Assembly (NCBI GenBank): GCA_029266335.1
Contig: JAQSXC010000011.1
Coordinates: 1,289 to 65,288 of the forward strand
Source: Eubacterium sp.
Lineage (GTDB): Bacteria; Bacillota; Clostridia; Acetivibrionales; DSM-1351
Direction of reading: 5' to 3'
DNA length: 64,000 nucleotides
A program made the position numbers and the translations under genes. Each line of letters opens with the position of its first letter. The stretch's first letter is position 1. A model generated the notes under the pieces. That model saw nothing but the letters and a program-made list of their open reading frames with translations, had not been told where the DNA came from and did no database searches. Of this stretch, positions 37,876-48,720 are shown piece by piece.

Positions 37876-39282
37876 ATGAAAAACTGGAAAAAGGTAATTG
37901 CAATACTCACAGCAGTAATAATTATTACCACATTTTGTTTTCCAGATAAATTAAGCGTATATGCAACTGACACCAATAATGATGACTGGCTGCATTGCGC
38001 AGGTGATAAAATTTATGATATGAATGGAAATGAAGTATGGCTCACAGGTGCCAACTGGTTTGGTTTCAATTGCAGTGAAAATGTATTTCATGGTGCCTGG
38101 TATGATGTAAAGACAATACTGACAGGTGTTGCGGACAGAGGTATAGGTTTGTTGAGAATACCGATTTCAACTGAGCTATTGTACAGCTGGATGGCCGGAA
38201 CTCCGAACAAGGTTTCTAGTGTCACCGCAAGCAATAATCCGCCCTATTATGTATGTAATCCTGATTTTTATGACACTGACACCAAAGGTGTCAAAAACAG
38301 TATGGAAATTTTTGATATTATAATGGGATACTGCAAGGAACTTGGCATAAAGGTTATGATAGACGTTCACAGCCCGGATGCCAATAATTCAGGACACATG
38401 TATCCTTTGTGGTATGGTTTGAACACCTCAACGGCAGGTAAAATAACTACGGATAAGTGGATAGATACTTTAGCATGGCTGGCCGGCAAATACAAGAATG
38501 ATGATACTATTCTGGCAATAGACTTAAAGAACGAACCTCACGGTAAACGTGGGTATGCAAAGGAAACTCCTGCAGATATGGCCAAATGGGATAATTCCAC
38601 AGATGAAAACAACTGGAAATACGCGGCTGAACAATGCTCAAGAGCAATTCTTTCAGTTAATCCCAGACTTCTGATTGTTATAGAAGGTGTTGAGCAATAT
38701 CCTAAAACTGAAAAAGGTTATACATATGATACACCTGATGTCTGGGGTGCAACCGGAGATGCTGCTCCCTGGAATGGTGCCTGGTGGGGAGGAAATTTAA
38801 GAGGAGTAAAGGATTATCCTGTTAACCTGGGAACATTGAACAGCCAGATTGTATACTCTCCTCATGACTATGGGCCATCTGTGTATAATCAGACCTGGTT
38901 TGACAAGGATTTTACAACGCAGACACTGCTTGCTGACTACTGGTATGATACCTGGGCCTATATTGACGAGCAGGGGATTGCACCACTTCTTATAGGAGAG
39001 TGGGGAGGATTCATGGATGGCGGAAAAAATCAAAAATGGATGACTTTATTGAGAGATTATATGATTGAAAAACGTATAAGTCATACTTTTTGGTGTATTA
39101 ATCCTAATTCCGGCGATACCGGCGGGTTACTCGGCTATGATTGGTCAACCTGGGATGAGGCAAAATACGGCATGTTAAAGCCTGCATTATGGCAGGCAAA
39201 CGGGAAGTTTATCGGACTTGACCACCAGATACCGCTCGGTTCAAAGGGAATTTCACTGGGGGATTACTACGGTATGAACTAA
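37876..39282 (+). CDS. GH5 (subfamily 1-like) endoglucanase, Cel5N-like, without dockerin
   Basis: Signal peptide, GANWFGF, DLKNEPH, YSPHDYGP, LIGEWGG, FWCINPNSGDTGG; stops at YYGMN. Confidence 0.9.
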   Translation: MKNWKKVIAILTAVIIITTFCFPDKLSVYATDTNNDDWLHCAGDKIYDMNGNEVWLTGANWFGFNCSENVFHGAWYDVKTILTGVADRGIGLLRIPISTELLYSWMAGTPNKVSSVTASNNPPYYVCNPDFYDTDTKGVKNSMEIFDIIMGYCKELGIKVMIDVHSPDANNSGHMYPLWYGLNTSTAGKITTDKWIDTLAWLAGKYKNDDTILAIDLKNEPHGKRGYAKETPADMAKWDNSTDENNWKYAAEQCSRAILSVNPRLLIVIEGVEQYPKTEKGYTYDTPDVWGATGDAAPWNGAWWGGNLRGVKDYPVNLGTLNSQIVYSPHDYGPSVYNQTWFDKDFTTQTLLADYWYDTWAYIDEQGIAPLLIGEWGGFMDGGKNQKWMTLLRDYMIEKRISHTFWCINPNSGDTGGLLGYDWSTWDEAKYGMLKPALWQANGKFIGLDHQIPLGSKGISLGDYYGMN

Positions 39283-39330
39283 GTGATAAATTTAACCGAT
39301 TTGGACAGGTAACTCTGGACAATTACGTAA

Positions 39331-39395
39331 TAAAATAATAAGATAATAATAAAAGCGGCTTGCATAGTCGCTTTTATTATTATCTTATTATTTTA
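39331..39395 (+). terminator. 30-bp stem terminator closing the cellulase operon
   Basis: TAAAATAATAAGATAATAATAAAAGCGGCT-N5-AGTCGCTTTTATTATTATCTTATTATTTTA. Confidence 0.85.
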
Positions 39396-39471
39396 AATTG
39401 AAATGAATACGGCTAAAATCAAAACAAATATTTATATATGGTCAAAATTGTTCTAACGTTGGAGGCAGACA

Positions 39472-40449
39472 ATGAATGAAGTAGGTATTATAATAACACA
39501 GATACTGATTTTAACCTTGTTGGGTGCAACAGGCTTTGCTGCAGGAAAGGGAAAGTTACTGCCGGAAAATTCGCACAAGTATATCTCGGCTTTAATATTA
39601 AAAATAACCATGCCTTTTCTCATATTTACAACAATGGGAAACTACTCCTTTACCGGGGAGACCCTCAAAAACGGTTTTTTTATCTTTTTGCTGGGGGTGG
39701 TATTTATACTTATGGGAGGGCTCATATCTCTTGGCCCCTGCAAGCTTATGGGAATACGTGACAAGGCTTTGAATATATATGTGGCCCAGTCAATGTTCGG
39801 AAACGTTATATTTATGGCCTATCCGCTGCTTAAAGCAATGTACGGTGATGAAGGCATAGTTTACGCTATTTTCTTCAATATTGCAAATGACGCAATACTC
39901 TGGACATTGGGAGTCTATTTGTTCAACAGGCATAATTCAAAAAACTGGAGGGATAACCTTTCCCATCTGGCTAATCCCAATACAATTGCTTTTCTGGGCG
40001 GAATAATAATGATAGTACTCAAAGCTGTCTCGGATATTGAGAAGACTGCTGCCTATGAACGTGTATGGGAGATACTCTACACAACCTTTAACGGCCTGGG
40101 ACATACTACAATTTACCTGTCCATGGTATTTATAGGTCTCATACTTTCCAATGTAAAGATTGCCGGGATAACGGATATTTTAAGCAAGTCCAGGTATTTG
40201 GTTTATTCGGTATTCAAGCTTTTAATAGTTCCGGTTTTAGCAATTATGTTTTTTAAGTTCACCGGCAATTTTTTTGATGTGTTTGTAAAAAGAATAGTAG
40301 TGCTGCAGCTTGCAATGCCTTCGTCAACTATAGTTTCGGCGCTGGCACTCCAGTATGATTCGGACTATAATGCTGCAACCGAGGGGATATTCATATCTAC
40401 CCTGCTTTCTATAATCACACTTCCCTTTATAGTATATCTTCTGGTATAA
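39472..40449 (+). CDS. AEC (auxin efflux carrier) family transporter
   Basis: ITMPFLIF, FGNVIFMAYPL, NPNTIA, AMPS, STLLSIITLP; about 10 TM helices. Confidence 0.9.
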   Translation: MNEVGIIITQILILTLLGATGFAAGKGKLLPENSHKYISALILKITMPFLIFTTMGNYSFTGETLKNGFFIFLLGVVFILMGGLISLGPCKLMGIRDKALNIYVAQSMFGNVIFMAYPLLKAMYGDEGIVYAIFFNIANDAILWTLGVYLFNRHNSKNWRDNLSHLANPNTIAFLGGIIMIVLKAVSDIEKTAAYERVWEILYTTFNGLGHTTIYLSMVFIGLILSNVKIAGITDILSKSRYLVYSVFKLLIVPVLAIMFFKFTGNFFDVFVKRIVVLQLAMPSSTIVSALALQYDSDYNAATEGIFISTLLSIITLPFIVYLLV

Positions 40450-40459
40450 ACAAGCAGCT

Positions 40460-40930
40460 TTATTTACGATCGGCATACTGGCGGAACACATAGGGGGATA
40501 TGCTATTATAATAATCTTCATCATAAATAAATTCATCCCTGTGCATTTCACCGAGAGAGGGATTATAGTTCCAAATTGCAAGTGGGGTTATTTCATATAA
40601 TTCATTATTAAGCTTTTCAAATACAGAGGTATATTGAGGGAAGCGCTTGTCATAAATAAGCCTTTTGGCATTATAAGCGGTACTTCCATAGGGAACGACT
40701 ACGGCTATGCCATGAATTTGCAGGGTTCCTGCTGTAACAGCTACATAGGGATTGTCTGAGATATTTCTGCATTTTAGTGTATCAGAGTAACTCCCGAAAA
40801 ATAAATGTAAATTATCATCGTAGGCAAAACAAACAACTGAGTTATCAGGATATTTTTCATTGGATGTGGCCAAACTGAGAAGTTTTTCTTTTTCCAATAT
40901 TCCTTTTATGGTTTCTGCTTTAAGCTTCAT
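40460..40930 (-). CDS. Pyridoxamine 5'-phosphate oxidase-like (split-barrel flavin-binding) protein
   Basis: LSLATS..P, FFGS...TLKCRNI..NPYVA; AGGAGG RBS. Confidence 0.78.
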   Translation of the reverse strand: MKLKAETIKGILEKEKLLSLATSNEKYPDNSVVCFAYDDNLHLFFGSYSDTLKCRNISDNPYVAVTAGTLQIHGIAVVVPYGSTAYNAKRLIYDKRFPQYTSVFEKLNNELYEITPLAIWNYNPSLGEMHRDEFIYDEDYYNSISPYVFRQYADRK

Positions 40931-41032
40931 ACAATACCTCCTGGGAATTTATAAAATTACTTGTATAGTATAGGCTAATCCGTATAAATATTCAACATGC
41001 TAATGTTTATGCAGATTAGCTCATATAAAATA

Positions 41033-41109
41033 AACCCGAATATTAAAAGCGATCAATAAAAAATTGTTCGCTTTTTTAATTGACAATAGTCTTTGATTTT
41101 TGATAATAT
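41033..41109 (+). promoter_or_regulatory. pur operon promoter with inverted PurBox-like sites
   Basis: CCGAATATT...ATTGTTCG inverted pair upstream of TTGACA (41080) and a GATAAT/TAATAT -10; a further CGAAT...ATGTTC pair lies downstream. Confidence 0.6.
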
Positions 41110-41174
41110 TAAATTAATAAAAGGCGAATAATTTTTCAAAATATCATAAAAATGTTCACATGGAGGCGTATACA

Positions 41175-41687
41175 ATGTGTATTTCTAAAGATGCTAAAGT
41201 AGCAGTTATCATGGGAAGCGATTCCGACCTTTCGGTAATGAAAAGCTGTATCAAGCTTTTGAAGGATTTTGAAGTTCAGTGTGACGTTATGGTATGTTCA
41301 GCGCACAGAACACCGGATAAGGCAGCTGACTTCGCAAAAAACGCGGAAGCAAACGGAATAGATGTTATTATAGCTGCAGCAGGGAAAGCAGCCCATCTTC
41401 CAGGTGTACTGGCTGCGTATACACCTGTACTCGTTATAGGAGTACCAATAAAGTCATCAACGCTGGACGGACTTGATTCACTTCTATCCATAGTTCAAAT
41501 GCCTGCAGGAATTCCTGTTGCAACTGTTGCAGTTGACGGTGCAGAGAATGCCGCACTTCTGGCAGTTCAGATTTTATCGGTTGCCTATCATGGCTTGAGA
41601 GACAAAATGCTGGACTACAAAAAATCACTTGCAAAAAAAGTTGAAAAAAAGAATATTGAGCTTCAGAAAAAGCTGGAAGAACTATAA
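41175..41687 (+). CDS. purE: N5-CAIR mutase
   Basis: IMGSDSD, SAHRTP, AGKAAHLPG, SIVQMPAGIPVATV. Confidence 0.97.
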   Translation: MCISKDAKVAVIMGSDSDLSVMKSCIKLLKDFEVQCDVMVCSAHRTPDKAADFAKNAEANGIDVIIAAAGKAAHLPGVLAAYTPVLVIGVPIKSSTLDGLDSLLSIVQMPAGIPVATVAVDGAENAALLAVQILSVAYHGLRDKMLDYKKSLAKKVEKKNIELQKKLEEL

Positions 41688-41849
41688 CAGGCCATTGAAG
41701 TTTGTACCCTCTCATGTTGTACATTGTCAATAGAGGGTAATGTATGGCAATATAACGAGGCGGAAAAATGTCTCCCACTTCTACAATCGAAAAATTTTCT
41801 TTGAATTAGGCGTTATAAGAACCCAATATGCAGTAAAAAGGAGTTACTC

Positions 41850-43313
41850 ATGTGTGAATTAGGGCAATGCTTACAGTGCGAAAGTCTTGACTGCTTTGAT
41901 GACAGAATGGATAAAATGCACGAAGAATGTGGAGTATTCGGAGTATATTCCATTGAAAACAGTGATGTTGACGTAGCAGGAATGACATATTACGGTCTAT
42001 ACTCACTTCAGCACAGAGGGCAGGAAAGTGCCGGAATTGCAGTAAGTGACAATGAAACAATAGTTTTCCACAAGGATATGGGATTGGTTCCGGAAATTTT
42101 TGACAAGGTTTTATTAACTCATCTTCAGGGCTCGATGGCTGTTGGCCATGTAAGATACTCAACAACAGGTGCAAGCCGTCGTGAAAATGCTCAGCCTATA
42201 GTTGTCCGCTCCAGAAACGGACAAATAGCCCTCGCTCACAATGGTAACATTGTTAATGCCTCAATACTCAGAGAGCAGATGGAAGATAGCGGTACCATAT
42301 TCCAGACAACAAACGATACAGAGGTTCTTGTCAATCTTGTAACCAAACACAGTATTACTTCCGAGACAATTGAAGAAGCTGTTGAAAAAATGATGAAGGA
42401 TGTAAAGGGTTCCTACGGACTTATATTAATGACTGCCAATAAAATGGTGGGTGTAAGAGATCCATACGGAATCAGGCCTTTGTGTATCGGCAAAACTTCA
42501 TCAGCTTATGTTATAGCATCTGAATCCTGCGCTCTTGATGCTGTAAATGCAGACTTCATAAGGGATATTGAACCCGGAGAAATTGTAACCATAGAAAATA
42601 ATGAGGTCAGATCAATAAAAGCTATTGATATGAAAGATACAAAACTGTGCATTTTTGAATTTGTTTATTTTGCAAGGCCTGACAGTGTCATAGATGGTGC
42701 AAGTGTTCAGCAGTCAAGATATGAAGCAGGCAAGCGGCTGGCCATCGAACATCCGGTTGAGGCTGATGTGGTAATTGGTGTCCCTGACTCGGGTATTTCA
42801 GCTGCTATCGGCTTTTCAAAGCAGACTGGTATTCCTTATGGTGAAGGTATAGTTAAAAACAGATATGTGGGCAGAACCTTTATTCAGCCAAGCCAGGGTA
42901 TGAGAGAGGTCGCTGTTAGTATAAAGCACAATGCAATAAAGAAGACAATAGAAGGAAAAAGAGTTGTAATTATAGATGATTCAATAGTTAGAGGAACCAC
43001 TACAAGAAGAATAGTCAAAATATTAAAGAAAGCCGGTGCCAAAGAGGTTCACATGAGAGTGAGTTCACCGCCTCTTAAATATCCGTGCTATTTCGGAATA
43101 GATATTTCATCAAGAAAAGAGCTTGTAGCAGACAAGCTTTCAGTTGATGAAATAAGAGAAATGATATGCGCTGACTCTTTGGGCTATCTTAGCCTTGAAG
43201 GGCTGTTGAAAACACCTGTGGATTCAAAATGCGGCTTTTGCTCAGCCTGTCTGACAGGTAACTATCCTATTGAGGTTCCGGCTGAAGGCGACAAATTCAG
43301 TTGTGGGTGTTAG
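41850..43313 (+). CDS. purF: Amidophosphoribosyltransferase
   Basis: EECGVFG, LQHRGQESAG, GHVRYST, DDSIVRGTT, Fe-S cysteines. Confidence 0.97.
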   Translation: MCELGQCLQCESLDCFDDRMDKMHEECGVFGVYSIENSDVDVAGMTYYGLYSLQHRGQESAGIAVSDNETIVFHKDMGLVPEIFDKVLLTHLQGSMAVGHVRYSTTGASRRENAQPIVVRSRNGQIALAHNGNIVNASILREQMEDSGTIFQTTNDTEVLVNLVTKHSITSETIEEAVEKMMKDVKGSYGLILMTANKMVGVRDPYGIRPLCIGKTSSAYVIASESCALDAVNADFIRDIEPGEIVTIENNEVRSIKAIDMKDTKLCIFEFVYFARPDSVIDGASVQQSRYEAGKRLAIEHPVEADVVIGVPDSGISAAIGFSKQTGIPYGEGIVKNRYVGRTFIQPSQGMREVAVSIKHNAIKKTIEGKRVVIIDDSIVRGTTTRRIVKILKKAGAKEVHMRVSSPPLKYPCYFGIDISSRKELVADKLSVDEIREMICADSLGYLSLEGLLKTPVDSKCGFCSACLTGNYPIEVPAEGDKFSCGC

Positions 43314-43390
43314 AGAATTTGTTTTTCCGGTGAATAAATACCCCAAAATTCCAGGGGATAGTAAAATATAAACGATTATTGGAGGGTATT

Positions 43391-44413
43391 ATGACCACTT
43401 ACAGAGATGCTGGTGTTGACGTTGAAGCAGGGTATGAAGCAGTTAAATTAATGAAAAACCATGTAAAACGAACATTCAGACCCGAGGTTATGACAGAATT
43501 AGGCGGTTTTGGCGGGTTATTCAGTCTTGATAAATCAAAATACGAACAACCTGTTTTGGTTTCAGGAACAGATGGTGTAGGAACCAAGCTCAAAATGGCT
43601 TTTTTGATGAACAAGCATGACACGGTAGGTATTGACTGTGTGGCAATGTGTGTTAACGACATTGTCTGCAGCGGTGCAGAACCTTTATTTTTCCTTGATT
43701 ATGTGGCAGTTGGAAAGAACTATCCTGAAAAAGTTGCTGATATAGTAAAGGGTGTCGCCGAAGGCTGTATAATGTCCGGCTGTTCATTAATTGGCGGGGA
43801 AACTGCTGAAATGCCGGGATTTTATCCTGTTGATGAGTATGATTTGGCAGGTTTTACCGTAGGAATAGTGGATAAAAATAAGATTATTGACGGCAAAAAT
43901 ATTAAGGCAGGAGATAAACTTATTGGTATTCCTTCCTCAGGAATTCACAGCAACGGCTATTCTTTGGTAAGGAAATTAATTAATCCCACAGAGAGCAACT
44001 TAAAGGAATATGTTGAAAAACTTGGCTGCACATTGGGTGAAGAGCTTTTGAAGCCTACCAGAATATATGTGAAGCTTGTGCTGGACTTAATTGAAAAATA
44101 CCAGATAAAAGGAATTTCACATATAACCGGCGGAGGCTTTATTGAAAACATTCCAAGAATGGTGCCTGAAGGTTTAAAAGTTAATATTGAAAAAGGGTCC
44201 TGGCCGGTACTGCCGATCTTCCAATTACTTGCAGACATGGGTAACATGAAGGAAAGGGATATATTTAACACCTTTAATATGGGTATCGGAATGGTTATGG
44301 CAGTTGACAGCCAGAAAGCCGATGAAATCGTGGCTTATCTCAAATCAACCGGTGAGGAGGCATATATTATCGGTTCAATAACTGAGGGTGAAGCTGGGGT
44401 TGAAATACTATAA
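43391..44413 (+). CDS. purM: AIR synthetase
   Basis: [42 protein letters not shown]. Confidence 0.97.
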   Translation: MTTYRDAGVDVEAGYEAVKLMKNHVKRTFRPEVMTELGGFGGLFSLDKSKYEQPVLVSGTDGVGTKLKMAFLMNKHDTVGIDCVAMCVNDIVCSGAEPLFFLDYVAVGKNYPEKVADIVKGVAEGCIMSGCSLIGGETAEMPGFYPVDEYDLAGFTVGIVDKNKIIDGKNIKAGDKLIGIPSSGIHSNGYSLVRKLINPTESNLKEYVEKLGCTLGEELLKPTRIYVKLVLDLIEKYQIKGISHITGGGFIENIPRMVPEGLKVNIEKGSWPVLPIFQLLADMGNMKERDIFNTFNMGIGMVMAVDSQKADEIVAYLKSTGEEAYIIGSITEGEAGVEIL

Positions 44414-44473
44414 ATTTTCCCAAGGACAGATTCAGAATTATGATTCCCCTATTGGGGAACGTGGGAGGCAAAT

Positions 44474-45097
44474 ATGCTTAAGATAGGCGTATTGGTGTCT
44501 GGAGGCGGTTCAAACCTTCAGGCAATTATTGATAAAATAGAAAGCGGATATATGCAGAATGTTCAGATTGTAACTGTTGTATCCAGCAGACCGGACGTTT
44601 ATGCTCTGGAGAGGGCAAAAAAACACAGAATAAACGGTATCTGCATTTCAAGAAAGTCCTTTAGAAATATCGATGAGTACGACGAAGCACTGATCAGCCA
44701 TTTTAGAGAGTTTCATGTTGATCTTGTGGTTATGGCAGGTTTCCTTTCAATTCTGGGAGAGCGATTTAGCAAATATTTTGAAAATAAAGTGATAAATGTT
44801 CACCCATCTCTGATACCCGCTTTTTGCGGAAAAGGCTTCTATGGAATTATTCCGCATAAAAATGTTTTGGAGTCAGGTGTCAAGGTAACAGGAGCAACTG
44901 TTCACTTTGTAGAGCTGGAAGCTGATGCAGGGCCAATTATCCTGCAAAAGGCAGTATATGTGGAAGATAGTGATACACCTGAAATACTTCAGAAAAGAGT
45001 TATGGAACAGGCCGAGTGGGAGATACTGCCCGAAGCTATAAAACTTTTCTCGGAAAACAGGCTTGTAATTGAAGGAAAACAGGTCAAAATAGTTTAA
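44474..45097 (+). CDS. purN: GAR transformylase
   Basis: SGGGSNLQA, NVHPSLIP, TGATVHFV..DAGPII. Confidence 0.97.
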   Translation: MLKIGVLVSGGGSNLQAIIDKIESGYMQNVQIVTVVSSRPDVYALERAKKHRINGICISRKSFRNIDEYDEALISHFREFHVDLVVMAGFLSILGERFSKYFENKVINVHPSLIPAFCGKGFYGIIPHKNVLESGVKVTGATVHFVELEADAGPIILQKAVYVEDSDTPEILQKRVMEQAEWEILPEAIKLFSENRLVIEGKQVKIV

Positions 45098-45202
45098 ATC
45101 TCAAGCCGAACTTTGCCTGCTTTATGTAGTTTACTGGTTAAAGGGCAAAACCAGGTGATGAGTTAATTTTAATTTTAAATTTTCGATCGGAGGACTGTGT
45201 TT

Positions 45203-46747
45203 ATGATTAAGCGCGCATTAATAAGCGTTTCGGACAAAACAGGTATTGTTGATTTTGCAACTGCTCTTGCAGCAAAAGGTGTGGAGATAATATCAACCGG
45301 GGGAACAGCCAAAGCTCTTTCAGATGCAGGTCTAAAAGTAATAAACATTTCTGACATAACAGGTTTTCCCGAATGTCTGGATGGAAGGGTAAAAACACTT
45401 CACCCAAAGGTTCATGCCGGACTTCTTGCTATCAGAAGCAATGAAGAGCATATGAAGCAGATCGGGGAGCTGGGAGTGGAAACTATTGATATAGTTGTTA
45501 TAAACCTCTATCCCTTCAAGCAGACAATATTAAAAGGAAATGTCGAGCTGGAGGAAGCAATTGAGAATATAGATATCGGCGGACCTACAATGTTAAGAGC
45601 TGCCGCAAAGAATTACCAGGATGTTGCAGTTGTTGTAGACCCTGCAGATTATGAAAAGGTGCTTAAGGAATTCGGTGAAACAGGTGATGTCAGTGTTAAA
45701 ACCAAATTCAGACTTGCATACAAGGTTTTTGAACATACAAGTCACTACGATACCCTGATTGCCAAATATCTCAGAGATACTCTTGGTGATATTGATTTCC
45801 CCGAAACACTTTCTCTAACTTTTGAAAAGGTTCAGGATATGCGCTATGGTGAAAACCCGCACCAGAAAGCTGTATTCTATAAGGAAGTGGGCGCTAACAG
45901 AGGAGTTCTTCCAAGTGCTGTTCAGCTTCACGGAAAAGAATTGTCCTATAATAACATAAACGACACAAACGGTGCAATCGAACTTGTCAAGGAATTCAAT
46001 GAGCCCACAGTTGTTGCCGTCAAGCATACAAACCCATGCGGTGTGGGCAGCGCAGCAACAATATATGAAGCTTATATGAGAGCTTATGAATCTGATCCGG
46101 TATCTATTTTCGGCGGTATCATCGCTGCCAATAGAGAGATTGATGCAAAAACAGCTGAAGAAATAAACAAGATTTTCGTTGAAATAGTGGTTGCACCATC
46201 TTTTACAGATGAGGCTTTTGCAATTCTTTCTCAAAAAAAGAACATAAGATTGCTCAAGCTCGATGGAATTGAAGAAAAAGTGCCTGCCGACACTCTTGAT
46301 ATGAAGAAGGTCTGCGGTGGTCTCCTGGTGCAGAAGTACAACAGCCAGCTGTTCAATGAAGAGGATCTCAAGTGTGTAACCGAAGTTCAGCCTACTAAGG
46401 AACAGATGGAAGACCTTGTATTTGCAATGAAGGTAGTCAAACATACAAAATCAAATGCCATTGCTCTTGCAAAAGGCAAGATGACCATTGGGGTAGGACC
46501 GGGTCAAACCAACAGAATAGTCCCGACCAGAGTTGCAATCGAATATGCAGGCGAAAGATCAAAGGGTGCTGTTATGGCTTCGGATGCTTACTTCCCCTTT
46601 GACGATTGTGTTGAAGCGGCAGCTGCTGCGGGAATCAAGGCAATAATCCAACCGGGTGGTTCAATTAATGACCAGAAGTCTATTGATGCCTGCAACAAGT
46701 ACGGAATCGCAATGGTGGTCACAGGAATGAGACATTTCAAACATTAG
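45203..46747 (+). CDS. purH: Bifunctional AICAR transformylase / IMP cyclohydrolase
   Basis: [43 protein letters not shown]. Confidence 0.97.
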   Translation: MIKRALISVSDKTGIVDFATALAAKGVEIISTGGTAKALSDAGLKVINISDITGFPECLDGRVKTLHPKVHAGLLAIRSNEEHMKQIGELGVETIDIVVINLYPFKQTILKGNVELEEAIENIDIGGPTMLRAAAKNYQDVAVVVDPADYEKVLKEFGETGDVSVKTKFRLAYKVFEHTSHYDTLIAKYLRDTLGDIDFPETLSLTFEKVQDMRYGENPHQKAVFYKEVGANRGVLPSAVQLHGKELSYNNINDTNGAIELVKEFNEPTVVAVKHTNPCGVGSAATIYEAYMRAYESDPVSIFGGIIAANREIDAKTAEEINKIFVEIVVAPSFTDEAFAILSQKKNIRLLKLDGIEEKVPADTLDMKKVCGGLLVQKYNSQLFNEEDLKCVTEVQPTKEQMEDLVFAMKVVKHTKSNAIALAKGKMTIGVGPGQTNRIVPTRVAIEYAGERSKGAVMASDAYFPFDDCVEAAAAAGIKAIIQPGGSINDQKSIDACNKYGIAMVVTGMRHFKH

Positions 46748-46819
46748 AAATATCAGGAAGGCTCAATGGAGCCTTTCAAAATTATTACAATAAATCAAAT
46801 CTCTTAATGGAGGTATCAA

Positions 46820-48079
46820 ATGAAGGTATTAGTAGTCGGAGGGGGAGGAAGAGAACACGCTGTTATATGGAAGCTTTCACAAAACCCGAAAATCACGGAA
46901 TTATTTTGTGCACCGGGTAATGGCGGTATTTCAAAGCTGGCTTCCTGTGTTGCCATTAAAGCAACGGATATTGAAGGAATAGTTAATTTCTCCAGAGAAA
47001 ATAAAATAGATTTTGTTATGGTTGCACCCGATGATCCGCTTGTGGCAGGAATGGTAGATGCTCTTGAGGCAGCAGGCATAAGAGCCTTCGGACCCGTTAA
47101 GGCAGCAGCTATTATTGAAGGCAGCAAGTCCTTTTCAAAGGATCTAATGAAGAAATACAACATACCTACCGCCGGCTACGAAGTTTTTGAGAGCAGTGAT
47201 GAGGCTCTGAAGTATCTTGATACCTGCAGTGCACCTATTGTAGTCAAGGCTGACGGTCTGGCTCTTGGAAAGGGTGTAATTATCGCTCAATCCATAGACG
47301 AAGCAAAAGCTGCTGTGAAAAACATTATGAATGAAAGAGTATTCGGAGAAGCAGGCAGCAAGGTTGTCATAGAAGAATTCATTGAAGGTCCCGAGGTGTC
47401 CATATTGGCCTTTACAGATGGCAGGACTGTTGTACCGATGGTTTCGTCACAGGATCACAAACGTGTTTTTGACCAGGATCAGGGGCCAAACACAGGCGGA
47501 ATGGGGACCTTCTCACCGAGCAAACTGTATGACAGCACGCTTGCAGAGAAGTGCATGAAGGAAATTTACCTTCCCACAATTGAAGCCATGAATAAGGAAG
47601 GCCGCAAATTCAAGGGTATTTTGTACTTTGGACTGATGCTTACAAAAGATGGACCAAAGGTGCTTGAATACAATGCACGTTTTGGAGACCCTGAAACTCA
47701 GGTGGTGCTGCCAAGGCTTAAAACAGATCTGCTGGATATATTTAATGCAATTATAGATGAAAACCTTGCAGACATAAAGATTGAGTGGAATGATAGTGCC
47801 GCTGTATGTGTCATAGCAGCATCGGGCGGATATCCGGGAAAGTATCCTACCGGCCTTGAGATAAATGGTCTTGAAGAAGCAGAAGCTGATGAAAATATAA
47901 TCCTTTTCCATGCCGGAACCGCCTGCAGGGACGGTAAGGTCTGTACCGCAGGCGGAAGAGTGCTGGGAGTAACTGCAGTAGAACAAAACATGGAGAAAGC
48001 TATAGCAAAAGCATATGCAGGCATAGAAAAAATCAGCTTTGAGGGCATGCATTACAGGAAGGATATAGGGAGAAAGTAA
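46820..48079 (+). CDS. purD: GAR synthetase
   Basis: GGGGREHA, KADGLALGKGV, QDHKR, GPNTGGMG, EYNARFGDPE. Confidence 0.97.
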   Translation: MKVLVVGGGGREHAVIWKLSQNPKITELFCAPGNGGISKLASCVAIKATDIEGIVNFSRENKIDFVMVAPDDPLVAGMVDALEAAGIRAFGPVKAAAIIEGSKSFSKDLMKKYNIPTAGYEVFESSDEALKYLDTCSAPIVVKADGLALGKGVIIAQSIDEAKAAVKNIMNERVFGEAGSKVVIEEFIEGPEVSILAFTDGRTVVPMVSSQDHKRVFDQDQGPNTGGMGTFSPSKLYDSTLAEKCMKEIYLPTIEAMNKEGRKFKGILYFGLMLTKDGPKVLEYNARFGDPETQVVLPRLKTDLLDIFNAIIDENLADIKIEWNDSAAVCVIAASGGYPGKYPTGLEINGLEEAEADENIILFHAGTACRDGKVCTAGGRVLGVTAVEQNMEKAIAKAYAGIEKISFEGMHYRKDIGRK

Positions 48080-48164
48080 GCGGGAACTTTATTTTGCACT
48101 ACATTAGAGTCCTGCTCATGTTGAAACAGTAGTAAAATATAAAACTATTTAAAAAGAGGTGAAC

Positions 48165-48611
48165 ATGCAAGCCATAATTTTTACAGGTATACAGGCAACA
48201 GGTAAAAGTACATTTTATAGGGAAAATTTCATAAATACACATATTAGAATAAATCTTGATATGCTGAGAACCCGGGCAAGGGAAAGTATTATACTGGAGG
48301 CTTGTATCAAGGCAGGACAAGCTTTTGTAGTGGACAATACAAATCCTACTGCCGCTGACCGAAGAAGATATATTGATCCGGCCCATAGTGCGGGATTTAA
48401 AGTTATCGGCTATTATTTTCATTCAGACCTGGAGGAGGCTATTAATAGAAACAGTGAGAGAAAGGGAAAGGAATATATACCCCTGCCGGGGATCAGAAAC
48501 ACTCATTCCAAACTTGAGCCTCCTCGGATGGAGGAAGGCTTTGACCAACTATTTTATGTCAGTATCACCAAGGAGGGCAAATTTATAGTTGATAATATAT
48601 CAGAGAATTAA
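48165..48611 (+). CDS. Small P-loop kinase (AAA_33-like)
   Basis: GIQATGKST, VVDNTN, EEGFD. Confidence 0.8.
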   Translation: MQAIIFTGIQATGKSTFYRENFINTHIRINLDMLRTRARESIILEACIKAGQAFVVDNTNPTAADRRRYIDPAHSAGFKVIGYYFHSDLEEAINRNSERKGKEYIPLPGIRNTHSKLEPPRMEEGFDQLFYVSITKEGKFIVDNISEN

Positions 48612-48636
48612 AAGTCTATGTTTTGTTATACCAATA

Positions 48637-48665
48637 TTGACATATATATCACAATGATATATTAT
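48637..48665 (+). promoter_or_regulatory. Sigma-A promoter with a palindromic candidate PadR operator
   Basis: TTGACA-N17-TATTAT with ATATATCA-CAA-TGATATAT (48644-48662) in the spacer. Confidence 0.7.
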
Positions 48666-48720
48666 ATTCTGGAATATTATCTTTACTAAGAGAATTAAAT
48701 TTTATAATGAAGCAGAGGTA

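Noticed and set aside
39283-39335. Decayed dockerin remnant after the GH5 stop (frame reading DKFNRFGQVTLD)
   Set aside because: Resemblance to DxNxDGxVxALD is too weak to distinguish from chance
41688-41849. purC remnant or purine riboswitch between purE and purF
   Set aside because: Only generic hairpins; no PurC-like reading frame and no purine-aptamer core found
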